Assembly (NCBI GenBank): GCA_947448865.1
Contig: CANFOW010000004.1
Location: 1-62,222 of the forward strand
DNA length: 62,222 nt
Source of the DNA: Actinomycetota bacterium
Lineage (GTDB): Bacteria > Actinomycetota > Actinomycetes > S36-B12 > UBA5976
Direction: 5' to 3'
The first letter of the stretch is position 1. Every line of letters begins with the position of its first letter. Both the position numbers and the translations under genes were made by a program. This document shows, in pieces, positions 21,853-31,858 of the stretch. The notes under the pieces were generated by a model. It ran no database searches. It was given only the letters and a program-made list of their open reading frames with translations, and was not told the origin of the DNA.

Positions 21853-23084
21853 GGTTTCACCATATCTTGTGACGAACTGACCGACTCAGACGCAAGTACC
21901 TTCATCGCCAGCAACCCCACAATCCCTAACAAGATTGGGGGTAACAAGATTGCGCGATCCAGACCAAATGTTTGGGCAAACGACCCCATGATGCCTGGCC
22001 CAAATACAAAAGCTGCAACAACCAAACTGAACAAGCGAGCCAGAACCAGCGGTTTAGGAACGCCCGGTAGTACTACGGCATTCATTAATGCTGGATACAC
22101 GGGTCCAATACCTAGGCCAGCCGCGAAAAATCCAATTGTTGCAAGAACTAGCGCACCATGGCCATTAGGGATGTGTGATGCCGCAAAAATACAGAAAGCC
22201 CAAATCAATGCCATCGATCCTGCAAATAATTGAACGAAACGGCCAACGCCTAATGTGCCCGACAGTCGATTTGCCGCGAAACGAATCAACACAATTCCAA
22301 TTTGAAAGAAAACAAAGGGAATCAAGTACTGAGGTGCACCCACCCCAAGTTCGTCACGAGTGAAAATTGCACTCCAGTCATTCGCCGAGAATTCGGCGAC
22401 AGTGCTGCACATCATTGCGCCAGTTAGCACGTACATCGGCACTACCGCGCGTGAAAACCATGGCAATGTCACGCCCGCATTTTCACTGTTTTCATGATAG
22501 TCCCATGTCAAGAGACCCCGTCGGGCGATCATAAAACCAATAGCTAACAACACATTCATTCCAATGATGTATTGAGCACGTGTGAGATGCGTCAAGAGAC
22601 CAGAGCCAATCACAACTGCTGACAATGAACCGATGTTCGACACAGCTGTCAGATTATTTAGAGAGTTCGACGATGTTATGTGGCTAAACGTATTTGCTTG
22701 AGTCGTGACAGCAGTAAAAATAATTATTCCGGCAAAACTTCCCACGATAAGACCAATAATCAGGGTTATCAAATTTGTCGCCGAACCTATAAGTAGAGCA
22801 GAAGTAAATGCGATTGGGATGTACCACGTGAACGTGCGAAATGAACCATGTTTCACAACAAGAGTGCCGATACGACCAGAAAAGAATAATGCCGCAGAAC
22901 CGCCAGTCATTAATGTGCGCCCGAGCTGCCCATTTGATAATGCGAGTGCATCCTTGATTTCTGGGATCCGCGGCACCCAGACTAACGACGCCAATGTGAC
23001 AAGAAAATACGATGCGCGAAGCGATGCAACAGTACCTGCGGAAATTACTCCAGATTGCGGTTCATCTGTGTCGTTAGTGGCCAT
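21849..23084 (-). CDS. MFS transporter
   Basis: WVPRIPEIK..L.LS motif and multiple TM segments. Confidence 0.75.
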   Translation of the reverse strand: MATNDTDEPQSGVISAGTVASLRASYFLVTLASLVWVPRIPEIKDALALSNGQLGRTLMTGGSAALFFSGRIGTLVVKHGSFRTFTWYIPIAFTSALLIGSATNLITLIIGLIVGSFAGIIIFTAVTTQANTFSHITSSNSLNNLTAVSNIGSLSAVVIGSGLLTHLTRAQYIIGMNVLLAIGFMIARRGLLTWDYHENSENAGVTLPWFSRAVVPMYVLTGAMMCSTVAEFSANDWSAIFTRDELGVGAPQYLIPFVFFQIGIVLIRFAANRLSGTLGVGRFVQLFAGSMALIWAFCIFAASHIPNGHGALVLATIGFFAAGLGIGPVYPALMNAVVLPGVPKPLVLARLFSLVVAAFVFGPGIMGSFAQTFGLDRAILLPPILLGIVGLLAMKVLASESVSSSQDMVKP

Positions 23085-23976
23085 CTGACCCTGTTGCCCG
23101 CATCACCAACATGACACCAAGTCCTGCTAATGCCATTCCAACCAAGCCTAAAAATGAGATTCGTTCACCAAACAAGAAATAAGCCTGAATTGCAGCGCAC
23201 GGAGGAACCAAATAATACAAACTCGAAACGCTTCCGGCGCTTCCCTGGCGCAGGAGTGAATAAAGCAAAAATATCGAGCCAATCGACATCATCAAAACAA
23301 TCCACGCTAAGCCGGCAACAAACTGCGGGGTCCACTGCACTGAATTGTCTTCCATTGTCAAAGACAAAACAATAAATATGATTGAGGACACTCCGTATTG
23401 CACTGCAGTTCCTGGTACGAATGCAATACCACCACCCGTTTTCTTCTGGAGTATGTAGCCGATAGTCGTTCCAAAAAGCGCGACGATACAAGAAACAATT
23501 CCAGCAGTAGTGAATTGAGAATTGAAATTACCTTGAAACAATTTGGGTAGCAGCAACAAAGCGACGCCGACGATACCCAGGAACAAGCCCAGCGCTTCGA
23601 TTGGCTTAAACCGATCACCGAGCATCGGGATTGCTAAGAGTGCGACGAACACTGGTTGCAAACTCACGATTACAGCGGAGATACCAGAGGTCACACCTTC
23701 ATGAATGGCGAAGAAAACGCCGCCTATATAGATAGCGTGTAAAAAAACAGCTACTAGAGCTGAGTGCCACACTTGAGTGCGCGTTAACGTCCATGTTCCG
23801 CGCTGAAAGTATGCGACAACGGCCAGGATTGCACACGCTAGGACGTAACGAATCGCCAGGAATGTAAAGGGTCCTGCGTAAGGATGAACATACTTTGCGG
23901 CAACAAAGCCCGAACTCCACAAGAACACAAATATCCACGGTGCAAGTTTCGCTGACAGTCGTGGCTTGACGCTCAT
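23074..23976 (-). CDS. DMT/EamA-family transporter
   Basis: LWSSGFV, 10 TM segments, SSLYYLVPP..LFGE. Confidence 0.88.
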   Translation of the reverse strand: MSVKPRLSAKLAPWIFVFLWSSGFVAAKYVHPYAGPFTFLAIRYVLACAILAVVAYFQRGTWTLTRTQVWHSALVAVFLHAIYIGGVFFAIHEGVTSGISAVIVSLQPVFVALLAIPMLGDRFKPIEALGLFLGIVGVALLLLPKLFQGNFNSQFTTAGIVSCIVALFGTTIGYILQKKTGGGIAFVPGTAVQYGVSSIIFIVLSLTMEDNSVQWTPQFVAGLAWIVLMMSIGSIFLLYSLLRQGSAGSVSSLYYLVPPCAAIQAYFLFGERISFLGLVGMALAGLGVMLVMRATGSDGH

Positions 23977-24052
23977 GAATCTCCTTGGAGTATGTGCCTA
24001 TGCGGCTCAGGTAAGTATCTCGCAAAGTAGCAAGGCGACCGAATCCAGTCCC

Positions 24053-24550
24053 CTATCGAGTCTGACGAATCATTCGTTGATAGAACTTACCTGGCTGTCG
24101 TGAACTCGGCATTGGTTCACCACGGTTCGCGAAGCCGAGCTGCTCATAGGCTGCGATTGCAGCGACATTGTCTTCCCATACGCCTAGCCCTTGCACTGAC
24201 CAGTCTCGAGAGGTTGCCTGACTGTCCAGGTATTCAAACAACGTGCGTAGTACTCCACGGTTGCGGTATTCAGGCCGTACCCAACATCCACCGATCCAAC
24301 ACGTTGCACCAAAATCCCCACTCAGGTTTTCCACGCTCATCATGGCAACGTCTAAAGATCCTTGAGACGCTACGACAGGTGCAAAAACTGAGACCTTACT
24401 CATCCAGTCTTCGTTGGTCCATGAGGCTTCCAATTCGTAATTCGACCCGAATGCATGGGCGTCAAACTCAAGTGAGGCAAGACGCAAGTCTCGCCAACGC
24501 GTCCATTCGTGAGGACTTAGGACTTGCACGAGAAACTCAGTGGAATTCAC
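24053..24550 (-). CDS. GNAT acetyltransferase
   Basis: WVRPEYRNRG and N.AAIAAYEQLGF motifs; start uncertain. Confidence 0.8.
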   Translation of the reverse strand: MNSTEFLVQVLSPHEWTRWRDLRLASLEFDAHAFGSNYELEASWTNEDWMSKVSVFAPVVASQGSLDVAMMSVENLSGDFGATCWIGGCWVRPEYRNRGVLRTLFEYLDSQATSRDWSVQGLGVWEDNVAAIAAYEQLGFANRGEPMPSSRQPGKFYQRMIRQTR

Positions 24551-24587
24551 AACACATATTGTGGCAAGCAATCTAGACTCGCTGACT

Positions 24588-24974
24588 ATGGACCCTATTG
24601 TGAGACGCCTTGATGATTACGAGTGGGCTGGTTGGCCCCAAGATCAAGTAAAGGCACGAGGTGAAGTCACCTGGAAAGCACTGCAAGGCGATCCGACCGA
24701 TGAAACCGACATGGTCCTAGGCGTAGCCCGAGTACTCAAGGGTCAATCGCTCGAGGCACATCGGCACGAACCACCCGAGACCTACTACGTACTCAGCGGA
24801 AGTGGCATTGTGACTATTGAACACAAGGAATATCCCGTGGACCCCGACACAATGCTTTACATTCCAGGGGATGCGTTACACCAAATCAACAATTACGAGG
24901 ACGAACCGCTGCGCATTCTCTATCTTTTTGCAACAAATGATTTTGGGAAAGTTATCTATCGCTTCCCTGAATAA
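24588..24974 (+). CDS. Cupin protein resembling DddW/DddK DMSP lyases
   Basis: HRHEPPETYYVLSGSG..YIPGDALH metal motif; C-terminal YxF..xYRF pattern. Confidence 0.75.
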   Translation: MDPIVRRLDDYEWAGWPQDQVKARGEVTWKALQGDPTDETDMVLGVARVLKGQSLEAHRHEPPETYYVLSGSGIVTIEHKEYPVDPDTMLYIPGDALHQINNYEDEPLRILYLFATNDFGKVIYRFPE

Positions 24975-25020
24975 TTTCGAACGCGTGACGCGTTGATTGA
25001 TTGAACGGGATAAGTGACTC

Positions 25021-25701
25021 ATGGGTTATGCCGAGTACGTAGTTAAGGAACTTCGTCGCACATTGGCACCGCTTGCAGATACAGACGTTGCCGATGGCGC
25101 ACGTGCGTACATGAAAAATATTGCACCGTTTCTAGGAGTTCGCACTCCGCAACGACGAGCAACAGCCAAATCTCTTTTTAAGACTCTCGATCCTCCAGAC
25201 TCTGACACATTGGGACACACAGCCCGCCTGCTTTACGCCCAACAGCATCGCGAATTTGCCTACTGTGCGAATGACATGATCGCGTTCTTTATTAAGTGTG
25301 CAGATCAGGATTTTCTAGAAAAGCATGTTCAGGATTTACTTGTGACAAAACCATGGTGGGATACCGTCGATGGTTTAGGTTCCTCAGCTATTAGTCCGCT
25401 CACGATTAAGTTTCCAAATATGCGATTGATCGAAACGTGGAATTCCAGCGACAACATGTGGCTTGCTCGCGCCGCCATCCAGCATCAACGAGGTCGTCGA
25501 TCAGAAACCGATGTCGATTATGTTCTCGAGATTTGTGCTCGCCACAGTGAAAGCCGTGAGTTCTTCATTACCAAGGCAGTTGGTTGGGCACTACGCGACA
25601 TAGCGGCGTTCAACAAACCAGCGGTGCGACGTTATGTGAAAGAGCATCCCGAGTTACATCGCGTCACAACCCGCGAAGCCGAACGTGGACTCAATCGCTG
25701 A
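25021..25701 (+). CDS. DNA alkylation repair protein (AlkD-like)
   Basis: AYMKN..FLGV, WWDTVD and EFFITKAVGWALR motifs. Confidence 0.88.
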   Translation: MGYAEYVVKELRRTLAPLADTDVADGARAYMKNIAPFLGVRTPQRRATAKSLFKTLDPPDSDTLGHTARLLYAQQHREFAYCANDMIAFFIKCADQDFLEKHVQDLLVTKPWWDTVDGLGSSAISPLTIKFPNMRLIETWNSSDNMWLARAAIQHQRGRRSETDVDYVLEICARHSESREFFITKAVGWALRDIAAFNKPAVRRYVKEHPELHRVTTREAERGLNR

Positions 25702-25799
25702 GAGTTACTTGACTTTCGTCCCTCGTCTACTCCACATGTGCATTACATTGAGAGTGAATAACCAAACATTACCCACGACACCTGAACGAGGCCGAGCTC

Positions 25800-26126
25800 A
25801 TGTCTAACATTGTGCGCATAGATTCCACAGTTGAATTGCCTTCAGATCCGAACGCACCTGGTGAATATTGCGTCACACCATTTTCCGGGACAGATACCAA
25901 TCTGATTGCTGGCGTGTGGTCCGCTGACCCTCATACCCAACACTTTGATGCATATCCTGTTGATGAGGTGTGCGTCGTCCTGACCGGATCAATTACCTTG
26001 ACCGAACTGAACGCGGAACCTCAAATATTCAGTGCTGGTGACGCGTTCGGACTACGTAAAGGTACTAACCTGACATGGACACAAGCTCCAGAAACCCGAA
26101 AGATTTTCGTCATTCTGGAAAGCTAA
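25800..26126 (+). CDS. Cupin_3 (DUF861/EutQ-like) protein
   Basis: GVWSA..YPVDEVCVVLTG..AGD..W..RKIFV pattern. Confidence 0.78.
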   Translation: MSNIVRIDSTVELPSDPNAPGEYCVTPFSGTDTNLIAGVWSADPHTQHFDAYPVDEVCVVLTGSITLTELNAEPQIFSAGDAFGLRKGTNLTWTQAPETRKIFVILES

Positions 26127-26135
26127 AACGAGTAC

Positions 26136-26897
26136 TTAAGACTTTGCGGCGCGCCCTTGCTTGCGCCGTTCAATCCAGTTTGACAGTCTCGATGTGAAAG
26201 ATTCCACAGCACCACTGTCACCAAGTAGCGATGTCGCTAATTCACGGATCTGACGCGAAATAACGGGCACAAGTGCCCAGCTCAACGCAATGAAACCCAA
26301 TGCAATTGCGATTGTGGCACGCGATGTGTAGTTCCATGAAAGATGATCAATAACTTGTGCTTGGCCGCGATCTAAATGAGTAAACACAAGATTCACTGCA
26401 CCATTTCCGACGTGGGCGTCTACGTGACCGGTCATGTCTGGATCTGATACCGAAAAAGTTTGAGACCAATCACCTGGTGTGAACACCTTGGTAGCGAAAA
26501 GCAACACCACGAATGCAATCCACGCGCACACCATCAGACCAATGCCAAGGGATGAGAAGAATGCGGCAGCAGCGACGTAAATAAAAACGAACCATGATCG
26601 CACAGAAGTGATTCGCTCTTTTGCGCCATCCCATGTCCAGAAACCCGAGACAAACCAAGGACGCGCTGGTGGTGCAATGGAACTTTTGAGAGCCCAATTA
26701 ACACGTCGGATTTCAAACGCGTTGAAAATTTCTGCAAAGGTCAATAGCGCAAGAAGCAACAACACCATAAGCGGCAAGAATCCCCCACCGAAGAGCACGC
26801 TTCGTACTACCGAAAATGCAAACGCAGCAATAGGAAACGTTGTAACAATCAAAACGCGTTCGCGAAATCTCATACCTATAAATGATGGCTTGCTCAT
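26136..26897 (-). CDS. Membrane protein with putative sensor-type domain, no kinase domain
   Basis: About 4 TM segments in a pattern resembling actinobacterial 'putative sensor' domains. Confidence 0.5.
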   Translation of the reverse strand: MSKPSFIGMRFRERVLIVTTFPIAAFAFSVVRSVLFGGGFLPLMVLLLLALLTFAEIFNAFEIRRVNWALKSSIAPPARPWFVSGFWTWDGAKERITSVRSWFVFIYVAAAAFFSSLGIGLMVCAWIAFVVLLFATKVFTPGDWSQTFSVSDPDMTGHVDAHVGNGAVNLVFTHLDRGQAQVIDHLSWNYTSRATIAIALGFIALSWALVPVISRQIRELATSLLGDSGAVESFTSRLSNWIERRKQGRAAKS

Positions 26898-27025
26898 TGC
26901 TACTCCCCTATGAATTCGATTACTCCATGCTTACACAGCATCGGGCAAGCCCTGATTCACTTCTGATGTGATTCGCCTGACGTTTGCAGTCTTAACTTGA
27001 CTGACTTGCAGACTGTGGAAACTTG

Positions 27026-27304
27026 TTACGAAGATGCTGGGCCAGCAGGCGGAGTTGTCTCAAAGTATTCAATGTCCCAAATGGCCGCCATCGGCAAAGA
27101 TTCAATCGTTTGCATAACATCGTCTACATTGTCGCCAAAGGCTTCCAAGAAAACCGTACGTCGCGGCATTGCGATCTTTATGAAGCCAAGCGCTCCACGT
27201 TCTTCAAGAAGTTTTGCTTGAGCTTGCTCTGCCGGAATCAGCGGCTGAATGTCTTCCATTGTGATTCCAGACTTGAATGTGGCAACAACCATGAAGGATT
27301 TCAT
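27026..27304 (-). CDS. Small muconolactone-isomerase-like (dimeric alpha/beta barrel) protein
   Basis: AEQAQAK.L..G and SLPM..W pattern; SD aggag. Confidence 0.55.
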   Translation of the reverse strand: MKSFMVVATFKSGITMEDIQPLIPAEQAQAKLLEERGALGFIKIAMPRRTVFLEAFGDNVDDVMQTIESLPMAAIWDIEYFETTPPAGPASS

Positions 27305-27359
27305 AGGTTCTCCTTAGAAGCGCGGCACACCGTTATCCCGACGCATTATTCAGTCTAGC

Positions 27360-27389
27360 TCGATTTACTTGACGTATCAAGTAAATCGA
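27360..27389. promoter_or_regulatory. Palindromic operator, probably for the adjacent MarR
   Basis: Perfect 13-bp arms tcgatttacttga-cgta-tcaagtaaatcga, immediately upstream of the marR -10 (TACAGT). Confidence 0.75.
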
Positions 27390-27402
27390 ATACAGTGAAC
27401 GT

Positions 27403-27882
27403 GTGGCTCAAATCGGAATGAAAGAACTGGACTCTCGCGCCTGGCGGGCATTCCATAGAATTAGTTCTCGTTTACTCCCACACCTTGGACGCCAGGTAAC
27501 AGCGCACTCGGGAATTTCGAGTGCCGAATATGTCGTGTTGGTCGCCTTGTACGAGGCTCCTTTCCCGTCGATCAATGTCAACAAACTCGCCGTAAGCCTT
27601 GGCTGGGAAATAAGTCGAATGTCCCATCAAATCTCGCGCATGCAAGAACACGGTCTCGTTTTTAAGGAACAAAACGAACGTGATGCTCGATGCTTTGATG
27701 TCTGGATTACAGATAAAGGCAAGCAGATTGCGGAATCAGCAATTCCACTCCAGTCGCTGGAAATCAATCACTGCTTCAGCAATGTATTAACACCAGAACA
27801 AATGAAAAGTCTGATTGAAATCTCTGATGCGATTTCGTCTCACATGAAAGAACACCATCCCACAACAAAGAAGGAACAATAA
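27403..27882 (+). CDS. MarR-family regulator
   Basis: LGWEISRMSHQISRM..GLV..DAR winged HTH. Confidence 0.9.
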   Translation: MAQIGMKELDSRAWRAFHRISSRLLPHLGRQVTAHSGISSAEYVVLVALYEAPFPSINVNKLAVSLGWEISRMSHQISRMQEHGLVFKEQNERDARCFDVWITDKGKQIAESAIPLQSLEINHCFSNVLTPEQMKSLIEISDAISSHMKEHHPTTKKEQ

Positions 27883-27884
27883 CA

Positions 27885-28235
27885 ATGCATATTGCGCTCA
27901 TCATTTTTGGAGCACTACTCGCCTTTGCCGCTATCGGTTCAGCATCGTCGAAACTCTTGAAAGTGCCAGACGTCATGACAGCCATGGCCGCTGTTGGCGT
28001 TAAGCCAAATCAGATCCCGTTGCTTGCATACATTGAAATCGCAGGCGGACTTGGAATCATTGTTGGAATCTGGAATCAGCAACTCGGATTGCTTGCGACG
28101 ATTGGGCTTACCTTGTATTTCGGAATTGCGCTCATCGTGCATTTCTCACGTCGTCACAAAGTGTCGGACTATGGAGCTGCAATGGGTATTTTCATCATTA
28201 CTCTAGTGACGCTGTACTTGCAGCAAAGACGCTAA
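27885..28235 (+). CDS. DoxX-family membrane protein
   Basis: EIAGGLG..G motif, YF..A..H motif, 4 TM segments. Confidence 0.8.
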   Translation: MHIALIIFGALLAFAAIGSASSKLLKVPDVMTAMAAVGVKPNQIPLLAYIEIAGGLGIIVGIWNQQLGLLATIGLTLYFGIALIVHFSRRHKVSDYGAAMGIFIITLVTLYLQQRR

Positions 28236-28250
28236 GTTTTACTTGATTTT

Positions 28251-28292
28251 CAGTGGTGTTGTGTTGGTCTTTCGATCAGCACAACACCACTG
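28251..28292. terminator. Long hairpin between convergent genes (likely terminator)
   Basis: cagtggtgttgtgttggtc-tttc-gatcagcacaacaccactg. Confidence 0.75.
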
Positions 28293-28297
28293 TGGTT

Positions 28298-29806
28298 TTA
28301 ACCCCGTTCGAGAATGGGTGCTGGCGAAACAACTCCGTGAGAATTGTGTGCCGCTTTTTCGATGTTTTTGATCATGGTTGGGAATACCAAAAAGTGAAAT
28401 GGCGCGATTGAATACCAGTACAAGCGCCCCCACAAGCCGCGGGGAACGAAAGTCGCAGTCTGTTTGATGCGTGTGCCGCCGGCAATCTCACCTGGAAGTA
28501 ACTCGAACTCCAACCATGCTTCTCCAGGCAATTTCATTTCAGCAAATAACTGGAGATAGCGACCATGATCAATAGCCTCAACCCGCCAGAAATCCAGGCT
28601 TTCGCCAACCCGAAGCTTTAATGGGTCACGTCGACCGCGACGCAATCCAACGCCACCTACTAGCGTGTCGAGAAGTCCTCGGATGGACCACAAAATATCT
28701 GCGCCATACCAACCTGTTTCGCCACCAATTGATTCGATGGGTGGCCAGATCTGTTCCATCGAAAGCGGTGATTCAATTTCACGCAAGTCTTTGTAAGACG
28801 TCACTCCAGCCCAGGCTGGGTCAGTGGCTGAACTGTTCCACGGCGAATTCGGATCTTTTGCATCAGACCATCGAGTGTCTACTTGAGCACTATTGACGCG
28901 CTCAAGTGCCAAGTCGATTGCGGCACGAACTGAAAGCGTTCCTCCAGGTGGTGGCGGAATCAGAGCGGAAATATCTTTTTCTTGGTCGACGACCACTTCT
29001 GAAATCAATGATTGAACTAAGTTCTTTGCCAGTGACGTGGGCAACGGTGTCACAAGTCCAATCCAATGACTTGCCAACGTTGGAGTGAGAACTGGAATAG
29101 TAATAATGATGCGTTCGGGCAACTTCGATGCCCGTGCAAATTCCTGCATCAGTTCTGCATAGGTCAATGTGTCAGGTCCACCTATGTCAAAAATTCCAGA
29201 AGTCGGTTTTTCCAGAAGCGCGCATTTCGTGAGGTACCACAACACGTCACGCACTGCGATTGGGTGGGTTCGATTGTTTATCCACTTTGGAGTCGTCATG
29301 ATTGGTAAACGGTGTGTGAGGTGACGCAACATTTCGAACGACGCTGACCCGGAACCTAAAACCATTCCGGCACGCAATTCAATAATCGGAATACCAGAAG
29401 CGCGTAGTGACTCGCCGACTTGGGTTCGTGATTTCAAATGCTTACTGATTGCAGTGTCATTATTAATTCCGCCGAGATAAATAATCTGCTTAACCTTGGC
29501 AAACTCACAGGCACGAGCAAATGTCACAGCCATGTTGTTTTCAATTTCTTGAAAATTCGATCCAGTATTTAGCGAATGCAACAGGTAATAGCAAGTGTCC
29601 ACATCTTTGAGTGCTGCTGCGACATCATCAAACGATGATGCATCGCCAACGGCAATTTCGACGTCGTTTTCCCAGCTGTGACCCTTTGTCTTTGCCGAAT
29701 CACGCACTAGGACGCGAACCTGTAATCCTTCATCAAGTAGTTCACGCACTAAACGTCCACCGATATATCCAGTGGCTCCCGTTACAAGTACACGTTTTGT
29801 AGGCAC
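28298..29806 (-). CDS. Atypical SDR/NAD(P)-binding oxidoreductase with DUF2867 domain (YbjT-like)
   Basis: TGATGYIGG, GSASFE, DFWRVE, AEMKLPGEAWLEF and GRLYWY motifs. Confidence 0.88.
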   Translation of the reverse strand: MPTKRVLVTGATGYIGGRLVRELLDEGLQVRVLVRDSAKTKGHSWENDVEIAVGDASSFDDVAAALKDVDTCYYLLHSLNTGSNFQEIENNMAVTFARACEFAKVKQIIYLGGINNDTAISKHLKSRTQVGESLRASGIPIIELRAGMVLGSGSASFEMLRHLTHRLPIMTTPKWINNRTHPIAVRDVLWYLTKCALLEKPTSGIFDIGGPDTLTYAELMQEFARASKLPERIIITIPVLTPTLASHWIGLVTPLPTSLAKNLVQSLISEVVVDQEKDISALIPPPPGGTLSVRAAIDLALERVNSAQVDTRWSDAKDPNSPWNSSATDPAWAGVTSYKDLREIESPLSMEQIWPPIESIGGETGWYGADILWSIRGLLDTLVGGVGLRRGRRDPLKLRVGESLDFWRVEAIDHGRYLQLFAEMKLPGEAWLEFELLPGEIAGGTRIKQTATFVPRGLWGRLYWYSIAPFHFLVFPTMIKNIEKAAHNSHGVVSPAPILERG

Positions 29807-30095
29807 AGGCTAAACGTATGCCAGGAATGGCCATCGCGCTGAGTGACGGACTCAGAAAACGCCTAAACCATTGAACACAGGGCCAGAATCGGAATCTTCA
29901 TTAGTTAGCACATGTTGATTGAAGGATAACTAAAATGCTTACATGCCTATAGAAGCGTTGCTCTTTGCTGCGGATTTCGAAAAGATAGCTTTTCACACGG
30001 CAGATCCTGAGGGCACTATTTTCAGCGTAACGAGTCAAGGTGCATGACCTATTAGAAAGTCACTGACCAGTAAAGCTGGATTCTCCAGACTTGCA

Positions 30096-31073
30096 GTGCT
30101 GTCTAATGTCATTCCACTTTTTCTTGGGGTATGGACCATTTATAGTGCGACCAAATACCGATCACTGTTTGCACTCTCAATTACAACTGGACTCAAGAAC
30201 GGAGCGATTTACGCACTAATTGCTTTCGGCTTCGGACTGATTTACCACACCACTCAAAATCTTGACCTGGCTCATGGCGATGTGTTTATGTTGGGCACTG
30301 TCTCAACAGCCGTCATTCTTATTAACCATCTGAAGGCCGACAGCAACACACCGAGAAATTGGTTTCTACTTTCTTTGACGCTCATTCTCGTCGCAGGTAT
30401 CGGTGCAATCTTGAGTGCATCTACTGATCTGATTGTGTTTCGTCGCCTGCGCAAAGCAAATCGCATTGCCCCGCTGATTGCCTCGTTAGGCGTATCTCTA
30501 ATTTTGCAAGACATAGGAATAAAGGCAAACGGTTCTGGACCCAAGCGCTTTCATTCCATCATTCCTGAGGCACCGCCTTATGTCTCCATGAGTTCAGGAC
30601 TAGTTCACGCCGCGATAATTCTCAGTGTCGCTATCCCCAGTCTTGCAATGTGTTCCTACCTTGCAACACGTTCACACAACGGATTAGCGATTCAAGCTGT
30701 TGCTTACGACTACGAGACTTCACAACTCATGGGAATTAATGTGAATCGAACTATCACCAGAACATTCGTCATAGCCGGAGTGGCTGCAGGCATTGCGGGC
30801 GTGATTTACGCACAAGAGTTCCGAGTGTCTACTTATGCACTTGGAATGCATGTCGGACTGTTGGCATATGCAGGAGCAATCATTGGTGGCGTCAATCGAA
30901 TTTTGGGAACTGTTCTCGGTGGCTTTCTGATTGGTCTTATCGAAGCCCTCAGCGCAGGCGTGCCATCTGGCCTAGGCGGGCGCTGGAGTGAAACAGCAAT
31001 CTATTCCGTTTTCATCATGATGCTGGTGTATCGACCACACGGACTCTTTGGCTACAAAGACATCAATGAGTGA
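30096..31073 (+). CDS. livH: Branched-chain amino acid ABC permease (LivH-like), orphan
   Basis: GAIYALIA.G..L, AHGD.FM, LMGIN, IGG and RP.GLFG motifs; start uncertain. Confidence 0.75.
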   Translation: MLSNVIPLFLGVWTIYSATKYRSLFALSITTGLKNGAIYALIAFGFGLIYHTTQNLDLAHGDVFMLGTVSTAVILINHLKADSNTPRNWFLLSLTLILVAGIGAILSASTDLIVFRRLRKANRIAPLIASLGVSLILQDIGIKANGSGPKRFHSIIPEAPPYVSMSSGLVHAAIILSVAIPSLAMCSYLATRSHNGLAIQAVAYDYETSQLMGINVNRTITRTFVIAGVAAGIAGVIYAQEFRVSTYALGMHVGLLAYAGAIIGGVNRILGTVLGGFLIGLIEALSAGVPSGLGGRWSETAIYSVFIMMLVYRPHGLFGYKDINE

Positions 31074-31125
31074 AGTCTGGACAACTGCTCATTGCTTGTA
31101 CATCTCTTAAAAAGTTTCCTCGAGA

Positions 31126-31167
31126 AAGACAATTGCCCCGACCAAAACTGGCCGGGGCAATTGTCTT
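31126..31167. terminator. Terminator hairpin downstream of the rhodopsin fragment
   Basis: 15-bp arms aagacaattgccccg / cggggcaattgtctt. Confidence 0.8.
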
Positions 31168-31176
31168 AGTGAGTTT

Positions 31177-31743
31177 TTAGTGCATGCCCTCAGCAGCGGC
31201 GTATGCAGAATCATCTGCTGCGCTCTTGAGGCGGGCGATCTTGTAAATAGTCAGACCGAATAGACACTTAGCAAGCACGTCGGCAACGGTGTAGCCAACT
31301 TGGCGTCCAACGAATGCTGATGCACCATCAAGGCCTAGAACTGGCATGAGGTACGAGATTGGGTAAACGCCCCATGTTGCAATAAGAAGCAGACGCAAAC
31401 GCTTAACGGTTGCGGATACTGCTGCTGGCTGCTTTTCTAGGGACTTGGTGAGCTCTACGAAAAGAATGTAGAGAATGAAGAGGAATGGGATTGTTGAAAG
31501 TGCACCCCACAGCATCTTCGGACCATTTTCAGACGCAACTTCACCTGGGTAACCGAGGATGATCATAAGCGCTGACGCTGGAACGAGGCGAGAAATGAGC
31601 GACTTACGCTCTGCGCCTGGAAGTGCAAGTACTGCGATTGTTTCAAGCAGCAACAGTGGAACAGTAAGTAACCAGTCAACATAACGGTATGCCTCGTTGA
31701 ATGATCCATCGCCACCATGTGCAGCAACAAATGAATCAAAGAC
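31177..31743 (-). pseudogene. actR: 5'-truncated actinorhodopsin/xanthorhodopsin-type proton-pump opsin (helices C-G only)
   Basis: RYVDWLLTVPLLLLE (DTE motif), WGVYP and DVLAK retinal Lys; recognisable similarity starts at FDSF, so helices A-B are missing. Confidence 0.88.
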
Positions 31744-31858
31744 ATTTATTGTCAATCTCAATCAAATATTCAAAACAAAATTTGTATCCAATCCTGAAAT
31801 TGCTTTGAGGCATGGATGTTTCCCCATATATTGAGAGGAATTCTGCAATTCAAATAAG

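Noticed and set aside
25722-25731. ctcgtctact, an inverted 10-bp match to the rnpB-end repeat
   Set aside because: Too short and in the wrong orientation; compatible with chance
30027-30036. gtaacgagtc as a degenerate fourth rnpB-end copy
   Set aside because: Needs an indel and does not extend; insufficient evidence
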